DNA of 64,000 bases from Methanobacteriota archaeon (GTDB taxonomy: Archaea; Thermoplasmatota; Thermoplasmata; SG8-5; JAGLSY01). The translations under genes were made by a program, and so were the position numbers. Below, one piece after another: positions 10,771-20,619 of this stretch. The stretch spans positions 128,001 to 192,000 of the forward strand of contig JAEHCO010000002.1 of assembly GCA_020697715.1 (NCBI GenBank). Direction: 5' to 3'. Within the stretch, counting starts at the first letter, position 1. Each line of letters starts with the position of its first letter. Below the pieces are notes generated by a model. That model saw only the letters and a program-made list of their open reading frames with translations, was not told where the DNA came from and did no database searches.

Positions 10771-11904
10771 CTAAGAATTGGAACTTATGAGTTCTTTGGT
10801 GGTCTCGATCAGCTTCTTTGACTTCGCATCCTCAAAGTGTTTCAAGGCCTGCTTGAGCTTCATCACGCCCTCGCCCTTCATATCATTCTTCAAGAGGCTT
10901 TTGGCAAGCTCAAGAACTATAACTCCACTATCATAAGGAATGCCAAGGCCAGTCATGATGCTTTCTGCCTTTTCCAGATGATCCAAGGCCTTGTCCCCAT
11001 TCCCATCCAGATCCTCCACCATGCCCTTTGACATATTTATATAGGCTTTTAGATATTTATCTTCCAGGTTACTGCCATTATTCTGAGCCAGATTGGCCAT
11101 TTCCCTGGCGGTCTTGGCGTTCCCTTGCCGTGCATGACACTCGGCAAGGTTGAAATATAGATATCCCAGGATGCGCTTATTGCCATCCTGGCCTATGACC
11201 TCCAGGCCCTCATTGAATTTCTCGATGGCCTTGTCATATTCCTCGATTATCTTGTAGGTCTCACCATGATTGTTGAGCACCCTGGTGAGGTCGAAGGAAT
11301 TGTCCTCTCTCTGGTATGCGTCAATGGCCTTCTGGTTGACTTCCAGGGCTTTATCATATTCACCCATGTCATTGTAAGTGCTGGATAGAAGACCCGCGGC
11401 CTTGCCTATGAGGTCGTCATTCTCTATCGTCTCACCGATCTCCAATGCCTGCTTCCCCTTGGCAATGGCCTCCATACTATTTCCCATTCTCCAGAACACG
11501 ATGCCAAGGCCAGACTCTGCCAGGCCAAGGTGATATGGATTGGAGAAGTTCCTTACTATCTTCTCCACATCTTCGTACTTGGCCTTTGCTTTGTCAAACT
11601 TCCCACTCCTGGCAAAGATGTCCCCGATCTTGATCATTGACTCTGCCTTGTAGATCAAGTCCCTCTGGCCATCTGCAAGTCTAACGATCCTCTCAAGGCT
11701 TATTATCGAGTCGAACCAGCGGCCAAGCCTGCTGTCAGAATCTGCCAGTATATCCAAAAGCTTGATAGTGGCTTTGATAGATGCGATATCTTCTGACATC
11801 TCCAATTGCTTGATCCCTTTTCTGCAGAGTTCTTTCGCTGTTTCGTAATCGGCCTCATCAAAGGATGTCTTTGCCTGGATAATGATGTCTTCTGCAGGAC
11901 TCAT
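10771..11904 (-). CDS. Tetratricopeptide repeat protein
   Basis: All-helical repeats such as LGIVFWRMGNSMEA and LNNHGETYKIIEEYDKA. Confidence 0.8.
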   Translation of the reverse strand: MSPAEDIIIQAKTSFDEADYETAKELCRKGIKQLEMSEDIASIKATIKLLDILADSDSRLGRWFDSIISLERIVRLADGQRDLIYKAESMIKIGDIFARSGKFDKAKAKYEDVEKIVRNFSNPYHLGLAESGLGIVFWRMGNSMEAIAKGKQALEIGETIENDDLIGKAAGLLSSTYNDMGEYDKALEVNQKAIDAYQREDNSFDLTRVLNNHGETYKIIEEYDKAIEKFNEGLEVIGQDGNKRILGYLYFNLAECHARQGNAKTAREMANLAQNNGSNLEDKYLKAYINMSKGMVEDLDGNGDKALDHLEKAESIMTGLGIPYDSGVIVLELAKSLLKNDMKGEGVMKLKQALKHFEDAKSKKLIETTKELISSNS

Positions 11905-12073
11905 ATAATAACTATATTGATATTCAACTATATAACGGCTTTTGAGTATGGGATATTAAAAAATGGACAAATTTACCTGATTTTATGCCATTTTGCTCAA
12001 TCCTCAGGGTTTCAATGCAATGGGATGACACCATCATATCTTTATACCCTGGCAAAGTTCATCATTCGATAAT

Positions 12074-12826
12074 ATGACAAATGAACTGAAAGGCAAAATA
12101 GCCATTGTCACCGGGGCATCCAGAGGTATTGGAAGAGGTATAGCCATCGAGCTGGCAAAAAAAGGAGCCACGATAATCGGTATCTTCACACAGAATACCG
12201 ATATGGCCGAGAAAACCAGAGCCGAAATAGAGGCTCTGGGTGCGAAAGTCAAATTCTACCAATGTGATGTTAGCAGCCAGGCTGATGTGGAGAAGACCTC
12301 GAATTTGATCTTGAACGAATTTGAGACCGTGGACATCCTGGTGAACAATGCCGGTGTTCACCAGCATCTCAGATCCTGGGAGCTTGGTATCGAGGACTGG
12401 CAGAAAGTGATTGACATCAATCTGACTGGCACCTTCATGGTGGCCAAGGCTTTTATTCCGCACATGAGGTCGAAAAAAATGGGCAAGATCATCAATATTT
12501 CATCATGTGTCGCATACACTGGCACAGACCATGAGGTTCATTATGCGGCTTCCAAGGCGGGTGTCATTGGCCTTACAAAATCTCTGGCACTGGAGCTTGC
12601 TGGCGACGGGATAAATGTCAATGCCATAGCTCCTGGGTATATCGAAACAGATATGGTTGTTTTCGATTCTGAAGAGGATAGAGGCAGAACTATCGAGACT
12701 ATTCCAAAACTTAGGCTGGGACAGCCCAGTGATATTGGAAAAGCGGTCGTGTTCCTCGCAACCAGTGATTCGGATTATATCACTGGCGAGATCCTGCATG
12801 TGAACGGCGGATTGTTGATGGCTTGA
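12074..12826 (+). CDS. fabG: SDR oxidoreductase, 3-oxoacyl-ACP reductase-like
   Basis: TGASRGIG, NNAG, YAASK, NAIAPG motifs. Confidence 0.85.
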   Translation: MTNELKGKIAIVTGASRGIGRGIAIELAKKGATIIGIFTQNTDMAEKTRAEIEALGAKVKFYQCDVSSQADVEKTSNLILNEFETVDILVNNAGVHQHLRSWELGIEDWQKVIDINLTGTFMVAKAFIPHMRSKKMGKIINISSCVAYTGTDHEVHYAASKAGVIGLTKSLALELAGDGINVNAIAPGYIETDMVVFDSEEDRGRTIETIPKLRLGQPSDIGKAVVFLATSDSDYITGEILHVNGGLLMA

Positions 12827-12901
12827 GTTAACGATTTCAGCAAAGCCCTTAAATCCATTGAATAATTTGGGTGTGCATTGAGATCATAATAGGATGATAT
12901 A

Positions 12902-14413
12902 ATGGATGAAGATTTTAAAACACTGAACAGCAAGCTTTCCGAGATAGGCGATATTGGAGCAGCCATTGCTCTGATGTACTGGGATCAATCAACTTACATG
13001 CCAGAGGGCAGCGCGATGGCTCGTGGCAAACAACTGGGCACATTGAGCAAGATGTCCCACGAGATGTTCGTAGATCCTTCCATCGGCCAGTTGCTGAAAA
13101 AACTGGCCGACATGGAGAGTTCCAATCCTTATGATTCCTTCGCAGCGAGTATTATCAGGGTGACAAAACGCGAATATGACAAGGCCACGAAAGTTCCTTC
13201 GGAGCTTGTTTCCCGAATATCCAAGCACAATGCGGAGAAGGGCCAGGCATGGACAAAAGCCCGCCCCGCCAATGATTTCACTATGGTCCAACCATACTTG
13301 GCGAAGACAGTTGACTATGGTCGGGAGCTGGCAGATTGCTTCCCAGGATACGAGCACATTGCCGATCCTCTGATAGACTCCGCGGATTATGGCATGAAGG
13401 CATCCAGTATCCGAAAACTCTTCTCCGAACTAAGAGAAGAATTAGTACCGATGGTCAGGAAGATAACGGAATGCGAGCCTATTGATGATTCTTTCTTCAA
13501 ACAGGCCTATGACAAGGATATGCAATTCGAATTCGGCAAGATGCTGGCCAAGGATATCGGCTACAGTTTTGATACTGGCAGGGAGGACATGGCTCCTCAT
13601 CCTTTCACTATCTCATTCTCCATACACGATGTGCGAATAACAACGAGGATCGATCCGAATGATCCTCGGGACGCGCTTTTCAGCACAGTTCACGAAGCTG
13701 GGCATGGGATGTACGAACAGGGTGTGGATCCAGCCTTCGAAGGCACGGCTCTGGCAGGAGGAACTTCATCCGGAGTACATGAGTCTCAATCCCGCCTTTG
13801 GGAGAACATCGTGGGCAGGAGCAAGGGCTTCTGGAAATTCTATTATCCAAAGCTCCAGAAGCAGTTCTCGGTACAGCTCAGCAATGTCACGCTGGATCAG
13901 TTCTACAAGGGCGTGAACAAAGTGGATCGCTCACTCATCAGGACAGATGCTGATGAGGTCACGTACAATCTTCATGTGATGTTGAGGTTCGACTTGGAGC
14001 TAGACATGCTGGAAGGAAAGCTGGACACGGCCGACCTTGCAGATGAATGGAAAAAGAGATTCAAGGCCGACATGGGCATTGAAGTTCCGAATGACACGGA
14101 CGGAGTTCTCCAGGATATTCATTGGTACCACAGCATGATCGGCGGCCAGTTCCAGGGTTACACACTGGGAAATGTCATGGCTTCCCAGTTCTACGAAGCG
14201 GCTTTGAAAGCGCATCCTGAAATTCCAAGGCAGATAGAGAATGGCAAGTTCGATACGCTACACACATGGCTTAAGAACATGATATACCAGCATGGAAGCA
14301 AGTTCACTGCAAATGAACTTGTTGAGCAGGTCACTGGAAAGCCTTTGACCATCGAGCCTTACATGAAGTATCTTAAGGAAAAATACAGTGAGATATACGG
14401 GATCCAGCTATAG
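12902..14413 (+). CDS. Carboxypeptidase Taq family (M32)
   Basis: HPF, DVRITTR, HEAGH, HESQ, IRTDADE, QDIHW motifs. Confidence 0.95.
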   Translation: MDEDFKTLNSKLSEIGDIGAAIALMYWDQSTYMPEGSAMARGKQLGTLSKMSHEMFVDPSIGQLLKKLADMESSNPYDSFAASIIRVTKREYDKATKVPSELVSRISKHNAEKGQAWTKARPANDFTMVQPYLAKTVDYGRELADCFPGYEHIADPLIDSADYGMKASSIRKLFSELREELVPMVRKITECEPIDDSFFKQAYDKDMQFEFGKMLAKDIGYSFDTGREDMAPHPFTISFSIHDVRITTRIDPNDPRDALFSTVHEAGHGMYEQGVDPAFEGTALAGGTSSGVHESQSRLWENIVGRSKGFWKFYYPKLQKQFSVQLSNVTLDQFYKGVNKVDRSLIRTDADEVTYNLHVMLRFDLELDMLEGKLDTADLADEWKKRFKADMGIEVPNDTDGVLQDIHWYHSMIGGQFQGYTLGNVMASQFYEAALKAHPEIPRQIENGKFDTLHTWLKNMIYQHGSKFTANELVEQVTGKPLTIEPYMKYLKEKYSEIYGIQL

Positions 14414-14758
14414 GTCCTTTCTTATCGCTTCAAGGTTCTCTTTCGCCTCAGGAACCATATCCAGCAATCCACTGACAAGGTCGCATGCGAAATCATCACA
14501 ATGCGCGCAGTTCTCCACATCTTTTGTCTTACAGCATGACCTTATCTTACATTCGAAGCAATGCCGGAACTTCGCACCGTCATCATTAAGACAGCCAGAG
14601 CAATTTATGTCCTCTGGCTTGATATCCGCTTTGTATATCTCGGACCATTCCTTCGCGGCCTCTATTCGGAGACTTTCATCATCATTCGCAAAGGCTTTGA
14701 AGGCGGGGCATTCATGGCATGCCAGACCACAATGAGCGATTAATTTTTCTTCAGACAT
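14408..14758 (-). CDS. DUF3795 Cys-rich protein
   Basis: CGLACHECP...CSGC...CKIRSCC...CAHCDDFAC. Confidence 0.8.
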   Translation of the reverse strand: MSEEKLIAHCGLACHECPAFKAFANDDESLRIEAAKEWSEIYKADIKPEDINCSGCLNDDGAKFRHCFECKIRSCCKTKDVENCAHCDDFACDLVSGLLDMVPEAKENLEAIRKDL

Positions 14759-14813
14759 GGTATCTATTTGATATTGGCTGGGTGGTATAAGTCATTTCCG
14801 CAAAGGCCGAGTT

Positions 14814-15440
14814 CTATTCATCAATCGACCCTATAATCATATTGAAATTATTATATTTATTATAATATTTATGCGCAAGGATAAATAGCCAAATTGCTGC
14901 TGGAAATACCGTGATGGCCTCTGGAATGGCCCATGCCTCATTTCCACCCATGAGTGCCCAACCAGCTATTCCCATCAGCCCAAATATTATGCCGAGAATA
15001 CCGAGCATCCGTAGCTCAGTGTCTTTCATCATCGACAGGCCCAGGATGATGTAAGCCAGCAATACCAGGACAAAGAAGGACATCGCGAAGATGAAATGGA
15101 TAGTATATGTGGCGTCGGCCATTGTGAAAGCACCGATCCCAACAAGGGCGATGGAAGCCAGTATCATGAAAAGACTACCAATCCTCATGCCCATTTTCTC
15201 CTTGCCAGTGTTCAGAAGTAGCCCAATGGAAAAGAGGAGATAAAATACACCGCATATTATCAGGCTAGCATTGAAAAAAATCCCATATTCCATGATCCCC
15301 AGATCGCTGAGTGCGTGCTCGCTCCAGCTAAAACTTGGTGACAGGGCCATGGATATGAAGATACCAATGATCGCGACAGCTGGGCCGGCCATTCCTAGCT
15401 GGGCTGTCTTTTTAGTTCCGAGAACAGTCTTTAGATACAC
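14814..15440 (-). CDS. DUF998 family membrane protein
   Basis: SPSFSWSEHALSDLG, FNASLIICG, HFIFAMSFF; ~6 TM. Confidence 0.75.
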   Translation of the reverse strand: MYLKTVLGTKKTAQLGMAGPAVAIIGIFISMALSPSFSWSEHALSDLGIMEYGIFFNASLIICGVFYLLFSIGLLLNTGKEKMGMRIGSLFMILASIALVGIGAFTMADATYTIHFIFAMSFFVLVLLAYIILGLSMMKDTELRMLGILGIIFGLMGIAGWALMGGNEAWAIPEAITVFPAAIWLFILAHKYYNKYNNFNMIIGSIDE

Positions 15441-15520
15441 ATGTTGGGAATGATCACACTCTCTAATAAGCTTATGTGGAATTGGTTTGCAGCTTGACCA
15501 GAGAGCGGTTCATCCAGATC

Positions 15521-15772
15521 TCATTGATCTATCATGGCTTTTGCAATGAGTGCGTCAGTCAGCCTCTTCAGGCATTCTTTTTGGTAGGCCTCATTGTATA
15601 TCGCGCCTTCTATTATATTCGTTATCAAAGATCTGATCTCAGCTTCGGTCAGTCGGTCAATGGTATTGTGAAGATCTTTCACTTGCTTCCTAACCACGAA
15701 CTTGCCCATTGGTCCGGAGTATTCCATCACGATGTTTTCGATATCTTCCAGATTGATTTTTTCCATGGGCAT
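15521..15772 (-). CDS. Small helical protein co-oriented with the HAMP sensor
   Basis: 83-aa ORF starting 5 bp after the HAMP gene stop; GPMGKFVVRKQVKDL. Confidence 0.6.
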   Translation of the reverse strand: MPMEKINLEDIENIVMEYSGPMGKFVVRKQVKDLHNTIDRLTEAEIRSLITNIIEGAIYNEAYQKECLKRLTDALIAKAMIDQ

Positions 15773-15777
15773 CCCAC

Positions 15778-16554
15778 CTATTCCTTTCCTTCCATTGCTT
15801 CGATCGCCAATTTCACGCTATTGATCATCCTATTGAAGGACTTGGCAAGAGTTCCGATCTCATCATCTCCTTCTATATCCAGGAACTCCACATCCTTCTT
15901 GCCAGAGCTTACATCATCCGCGGCTTTTGTCATCAACACTATCGGATCAGATATGCTCTTTGATACCGAGAATGTGAATATCAGGCCAAAAACAAGGACC
16001 AATATCATCATGATAATAATGAGTTGATTTGCAAAAGCCAGAGAATCTTGCAATTCGACAATCTGGGTGTCCATATCTTCCTTTGCTTCATCCTCTATTC
16101 CACTTAGATATTCCTTGAATTCCTCGGTCTGCTCATCCATCTCTTCAACAGATTCATCGACCGCGGCATCATTGCCAGTATCAACAACCATGCATACTTC
16201 TGATATTGTTTCGTAAAATTCATCCATAGAGGAATCTACCTCATCAAGGATAGCCTGTTCGAATAGTCCCGAGTTCTCCATCCCCAAAGTATTTGATTCA
16301 ATCTCTTCTTTGAATTCCTCGATCTCTTCAATGGCCTCAGGCTCCTCGTTCACATAGCACATTGTAGCACCCTGTATTGCATAGATATTTGTTCTCAGGT
16401 CCATGATGGACTTCGAGCCTTCCCAGTATTTGTGATCTATTTCCTCTAATTGGTTTGCAGTATCATTGTTCATGTAAAGGGCTACGCCCCCGATCATGGC
16501 GACCAGCATGATTATTGTGAGATATCCTGCTAATAATTTCGTTCTTATCTTCAA
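15778..16554 (-). CDS. Membrane sensor with four-helix-bundle ectodomain and HAMP, no output domain
   Basis: MKIRTKLL-TM...TM-ISDPIVLMTKAADDVSSG...DDEIGTLAKSFNRM, then ends; ggagg RBS before the TTG start. Confidence 0.8.
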   Translation of the reverse strand: MKIRTKLLAGYLTIIMLVAMIGGVALYMNNDTANQLEEIDHKYWEGSKSIMDLRTNIYAIQGATMCYVNEEPEAIEEIEEFKEEIESNTLGMENSGLFEQAILDEVDSSMDEFYETISEVCMVVDTGNDAAVDESVEEMDEQTEEFKEYLSGIEDEAKEDMDTQIVELQDSLAFANQLIIIMMILVLVFGLIFTFSVSKSISDPIVLMTKAADDVSSGKKDVEFLDIEGDDEIGTLAKSFNRMINSVKLAIEAMEGKE

Positions 16555-16809
16555 GTTAAAACCCTCCTAAGGTTAACTATCGTCAACGTTAACTATCATT
16601 AAATAATTTTCGCTGAAATGTTAGATGTTGCGATAAGAACATAACAAAAAGACAATGTAAGGCTATAAACGAAAATGTAATATTAACTGTGGTTAATGGT
16701 GACATTATAACAATAATATGCCTATTTTTCAAGATAGCTAAAGCTCGTCTGGTAGCCCAGTAAAAACAATAAAAAAACAGCTAAATGATTTAACAACAAC
16801 GATGAGTGA

Positions 16810-16918
16810 ATTCAGGGAAGAAAGGGGCCGGAGCAAAAGGTAATGTAGGAACATCGGTCCTTTAGCTCTAGCCCCTCCCTTTCAGCTCTGCTGGTATATG
16901 CTGAAGGTCGCTGAAAAA
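16810..16918 (-). ncRNA. Putative structured intergenic RNA 1
   Basis: Long imperfect hairpin 16823-16876, extra ttcagc/gctgaa helices, TATA-like element near 16942-16948 on the minus strand. Confidence 0.3.
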
Positions 16919-16972
16919 CAAAGTGATCAAACATGAATGTAGTATAAACAATTTCGAATACTCTTTATAATA

Positions 16973-17043
16973 ATAGGGAAGGGAGGGGCTAGCCTTGTCA
17001 GAAGGGATGGGATGCACTCTAACAACTAGCCCAAAATCCCTAT
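16973..17043 (-). ncRNA. Putative structured intergenic RNA 2, related to RNA 1
   Basis: Nested stems ataggga/tccctat, gggctag/ctagccc, ttgtcaga/tctaacaa; minus-strand TATA near 17061-17070. Confidence 0.3.
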
Positions 17044-17317
17044 GACTTGAATGTTCGTAGTTATATATAATACTTTTGAATTATGTTTATATATACAAAT
17101 GTTAAAATTTAATAGATTTTATGTTAATATTGGCTCTATTTTTCTTTAAGTATAGTAAATTCTCATTATTTATAAAATGACCTATTGAAATCCACCCTGA
17201 AATTCTATCATTATTTTTGAGAATCTGTTATTTTTTATTCTTAATATTATAACATTATATGTAAATTTAATATCGATCCTAAGTCCGCAATTATAAATAT
17301 CCCCATACCTTTATTAC

Positions 17318-18559
17318 ATGATGATGTCAAATACACCAGCTGATAGAAGGCCTCATGCATTCTGTGACTCATGCGGATCGCAGGCCGCGTTCATTGTTGA
17401 ACATCAGCGTTGGTATTGTTCAAAATGCAGGAAATATCTGAACATTGGCATTGAGCAACCAGTACCTACTGTTGAACACCAGCAAGCCAACACGCACCCG
17501 CAGGTTGCAGTTGGACATCAATATACAAATGCCTCTCCTCCACCACCACCTGTTGTTCAGCATCAATACACCAATGCTTCACCTCCGCCAGCATATCATG
17601 CAGGAGCGCCCCCTCACCAATATCCATCTCAGGCGAATTACCAACAGCCCCAGCCTGTTTATCAGCAAGCTGGACCGTATAACAATTATCCGCTGCAGCC
17701 ACAGCCCGTGCAACAATATGGTTACGCGCAGCAGAACATGTATCATCCCAATATGCCGAATGAGAATATGGCGAAGGCCAAGGTACACAATAGTGTTTCT
17801 CTGAGGAACAGATCGGACAATGTGATATCCACTGCTTGGCCAGCGATATTGATAATCATTCAATTGGCATTGATCGGCACCACGATACTTGGTTTCTTCT
17901 TCATTTTCAGTGATCTCTCTTTCATCGACCCATACACCAGCGGTATACCATCGGAATTCATATTGCTATTTGGTCTGGCATTCATCATGCAGTTATTATT
18001 CACAATAGTCCAATCATACCTTGTCTACATACTGGTTCTCAGAATGGACGATCATTTTGAAAGGGACAGCCTCTTAAGAATGGGTCTTCTGGAATATCTT
18101 GATTCCAGGTCCATGGTCACTGGAACCGATATAAATGTCGAGCGCTGGACTATCAATACCATAAATATGAGTGCGTACATGAAAGAGAGAAAGAAGGGCG
18201 CTATAACATGGGCCATTATGGTCGGGTTATTTTCCTTCATACCTGTTGTCGGCACTTTGTTCCTGCTGTATATTCTACATTCTCTCACTGACAATCTGAT
18301 AGACCATGATTTCAATCAATTGAACTTCAATCGCCAGCTCAATTGGTCACTGGCCAAATTGAATCGGCCACTGGTCGGATCCGGGGGCTGGATGAATGTC
18401 CCACGTAGAAGCACAGGGATGTACATCATCCTCACATTGATCACCCTTGGTTTCTTCTTACCCTACTGGTGGTATGTGGTCATCACAGATTGGAATGAGC
18501 ATTTCCAGAACCAGTGGAAGTTCGAGGATGAATTATTATATAAATTAAGTCAGGAATGA
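17318..18559 (+). CDS. Zn-ribbon plus Q/P-rich linker plus DUF4234-like membrane protein
   Basis: CDSC...WYCSKC; low-complexity QPY region; TM helices; LTLITLGFFLPYWWY...WNEHFQNQ. Confidence 0.65.
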   Translation: MMMSNTPADRRPHAFCDSCGSQAAFIVEHQRWYCSKCRKYLNIGIEQPVPTVEHQQANTHPQVAVGHQYTNASPPPPPVVQHQYTNASPPPAYHAGAPPHQYPSQANYQQPQPVYQQAGPYNNYPLQPQPVQQYGYAQQNMYHPNMPNENMAKAKVHNSVSLRNRSDNVISTAWPAILIIIQLALIGTTILGFFFIFSDLSFIDPYTSGIPSEFILLFGLAFIMQLLFTIVQSYLVYILVLRMDDHFERDSLLRMGLLEYLDSRSMVTGTDINVERWTINTINMSAYMKERKKGAITWAIMVGLFSFIPVVGTLFLLYILHSLTDNLIDHDFNQLNFNRQLNWSLAKLNRPLVGSGGWMNVPRRSTGMYIILTLITLGFFLPYWWYVVITDWNEHFQNQWKFEDELLYKLSQE

Positions 18560-18563
18560 TCGC

Positions 18564-19088
18564 GTGAGCAAGACCAATAAACTCCCCTCAAAATATATCT
18601 TCATCTCCTTCGGCCTGGGCATGGTATCTGCCTTTATCGCCATATGGGGAGAATTTGGATTGATGTTCAATAATGATGGTTATGGGGTCATTGGTCCCAC
18701 GGCCCTGGGAGTTTTTTCCGCGGTCGTCATCGCGCCCCTAGTGGAGGAGCTGGCCAAACCATTGGGTCTTTATATCATCCAGGGCGAGGAAGAACCTGAT
18801 ATCAGCCTTCAGAGTTGGGTATTGCTTGGTGCGATATCCGGTCTTGGTTTTGCCGTACTGGAGAATTTACTGTATGCCTCCGGTCTCATGGGATATGGCA
18901 CTGATGTTGCTTTTACCCTTCTTCTGCTTCGATCCCTTCTGCCTCTTCACATGATCGCGTCCGCGATAACTGGATTGGGATTCGGTCTCTGGATAAAGAC
19001 CAGAAATGGTTTCTATTTCGTAATATGTATATTCATAGCGATGTTGATACACGCTCTCTTCAATTTCTCCGCTGTATTTGTTGGTTGA
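18564..19088 (+). CDS. prsW: PrsW-family intramembrane metalloprotease
   Basis: APLVEELAK, GLGFAVLEN, H, HALFN motifs. Confidence 0.85.
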   Translation: MSKTNKLPSKYIFISFGLGMVSAFIAIWGEFGLMFNNDGYGVIGPTALGVFSAVVIAPLVEELAKPLGLYIIQGEEEPDISLQSWVLLGAISGLGFAVLENLLYASGLMGYGTDVAFTLLLLRSLLPLHMIASAITGLGFGLWIKTRNGFYFVICIFIAMLIHALFNFSAVFVG

Positions 19089-19089
19089 C

Positions 19090-19437
19090 ATGAAACTCCC
19101 CAAAGGAACTCTGACCGGATCGATGAAGATCCTTGCCCCGCTTCTAATCTGGATGAGTGCTGGCTGGTTCTCCTACCCTTACCTGATAGGGTATATCTAT
19201 GATGCTGTTGGCGAGTCCATAGATATCGAAGAATTGAGAACCTTTTCATTGATCATGACCGTGGTATGCTTGGGTCTTGGAATATTATTCCTGATACTTG
19301 GTGTCAAAGGCCCGAAATTAGATGAGGATGATTTCAAAAGGATGACCGGGCAGTTGGTCATGTGCGAGCATTGCAGGCTGGAAATGAAGAAAGAGGTTTC
19401 CACGATCACATGTGAGCATTGCGGGAAGTTCATTTAA
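19090..19437 (+). CDS. Small membrane protein with C-terminal Zn ribbon
   Basis: Two TM segments; CEHC...CEHCG; starts 1 bp after the prsW stop. Confidence 0.65.
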   Translation: MKLPKGTLTGSMKILAPLLIWMSAGWFSYPYLIGYIYDAVGESIDIEELRTFSLIMTVVCLGLGILFLILGVKGPKLDEDDFKRMTGQLVMCEHCRLEMKKEVSTITCEHCGKFI

Positions 19438-19510
19438 TTTATATGCGCATATATAAATATTTACTTTTCTATTTAAATACAAATATATTTATTAGTCAAA
19501 TATAAAAGGA

Positions 19511-19541
19511 ACCGCCAGCCGACTAAAGCTGGCGGTATTTT
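19511..19541. terminator. Hairpin between convergent genes
   Basis: accgccagc-N8-gctggcggt followed by a T run. Confidence 0.55.
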
Positions 19542-19556
19542 ATTGTGTTTGTGGTA

Positions 19557-20552
19557 TCAGATCTTCCTTATCTTTCCGAGTATGGGCTCGTATACAAGTC
19601 CCTTGTCAAGCAATCCCATTATCGCCTCTTCGAAATCCGACTTGCTGATCTTCTTCTTCTTTGCCCCGGCCTCGATATCCGACCATTCCACACCACTGCC
19701 GGAATCATCCATCTTCTCGACAATATCCAGTATCTTTGTTTCATGGTCCGTGAGCTCGTCATCACCGTCGCCATCGCCTTCTTCACCCTTCTCATCAGGT
19801 CCTTCTGGCGGGACGTCCTTTGATTCCACATCTCCGGACATGACCTCGATGGCCTCTTCTTCCATATCGTCGTAATCCGGGTACTCCAGATCTTCATCAG
19901 GAATATCCGGCATCAGCTCGTCCTTGTCGCCTTTGTTCTCTGGCAGAAGATAATTCAGGGATTCGCGAAGTAGATTGTAATATCGGTCTGTTGGCACATC
20001 TGGATATTCCTCCAGGGCGATCATCATACCTTTGCTGAGTGACTCGCTGTAGCCCAGCTCCATCAGCTCCTCCACAGAAGGCGAGGACATGTTCTTTGCC
20101 TCATTGTAAGCCTCCAGTCTTTCTTTCAGAGCCTTGCAGGATTCCAGCACCCAGTAGTCTCGAACATCCTCGGTCACTGTGCGCACGACCTCCGGGCTGA
20201 TGGAAACGTACATCACGCCTTCCTCCGGGGAATATGTCCTGGCCTTTCCGATAATGGCCACGAAGGCTGGTGGGTGAACCTTTGAAAGTGCGAGAGCAGC
20301 TTCTGGCTGATACTGGCCAGCTGATATGTAATAGGTTCCTGTTGGGTCGTTCATCCTCGCCCGCCACAGGGGTTCGGCCGGCGAACCCAGATTCTCGATG
20401 TCGGTGATCACTCCGACAGCGAATATGCGATTCATCCTCGCACCCAGTGGGGATATCAGGAAACTCGGGCTCATCTCTTCCTGGCCTTCGATCTTGATCC
20501 TGGAATCATTGAACTCTGCGGCGAAGACACGCCATGCGACCTGTCGCTTCAT
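19557..20552 (-). CDS. RPA-associated OB-fold protein (Rpa2/RPAP-like) with C-terminal winged helix
   Basis: MKRQVAWRVFAAEF...SPLGARMNRIFAVG...DPTG...AGQYQPEA; ggaggtga RBS before ATG 20552; downstream of rpa. Confidence 0.85.
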   Translation of the reverse strand: MKRQVAWRVFAAEFNDSRIKIEGQEEMSPSFLISPLGARMNRIFAVGVITDIENLGSPAEPLWRARMNDPTGTYYISAGQYQPEAALALSKVHPPAFVAIIGKARTYSPEEGVMYVSISPEVVRTVTEDVRDYWVLESCKALKERLEAYNEAKNMSSPSVEELMELGYSESLSKGMMIALEEYPDVPTDRYYNLLRESLNYLLPENKGDKDELMPDIPDEDLEYPDYDDMEEEAIEVMSGDVESKDVPPEGPDEKGEEGDGDGDDELTDHETKILDIVEKMDDSGSGVEWSDIEAGAKKKKISKSDFEEAIMGLLDKGLVYEPILGKIRKI

Positions 20553-20619
20553 TACTTCACCTCCTGTTTCACAGCAGGCATGTATTGAACTATCACTGTC
20601 ATATGCTGAATTACGTTCA

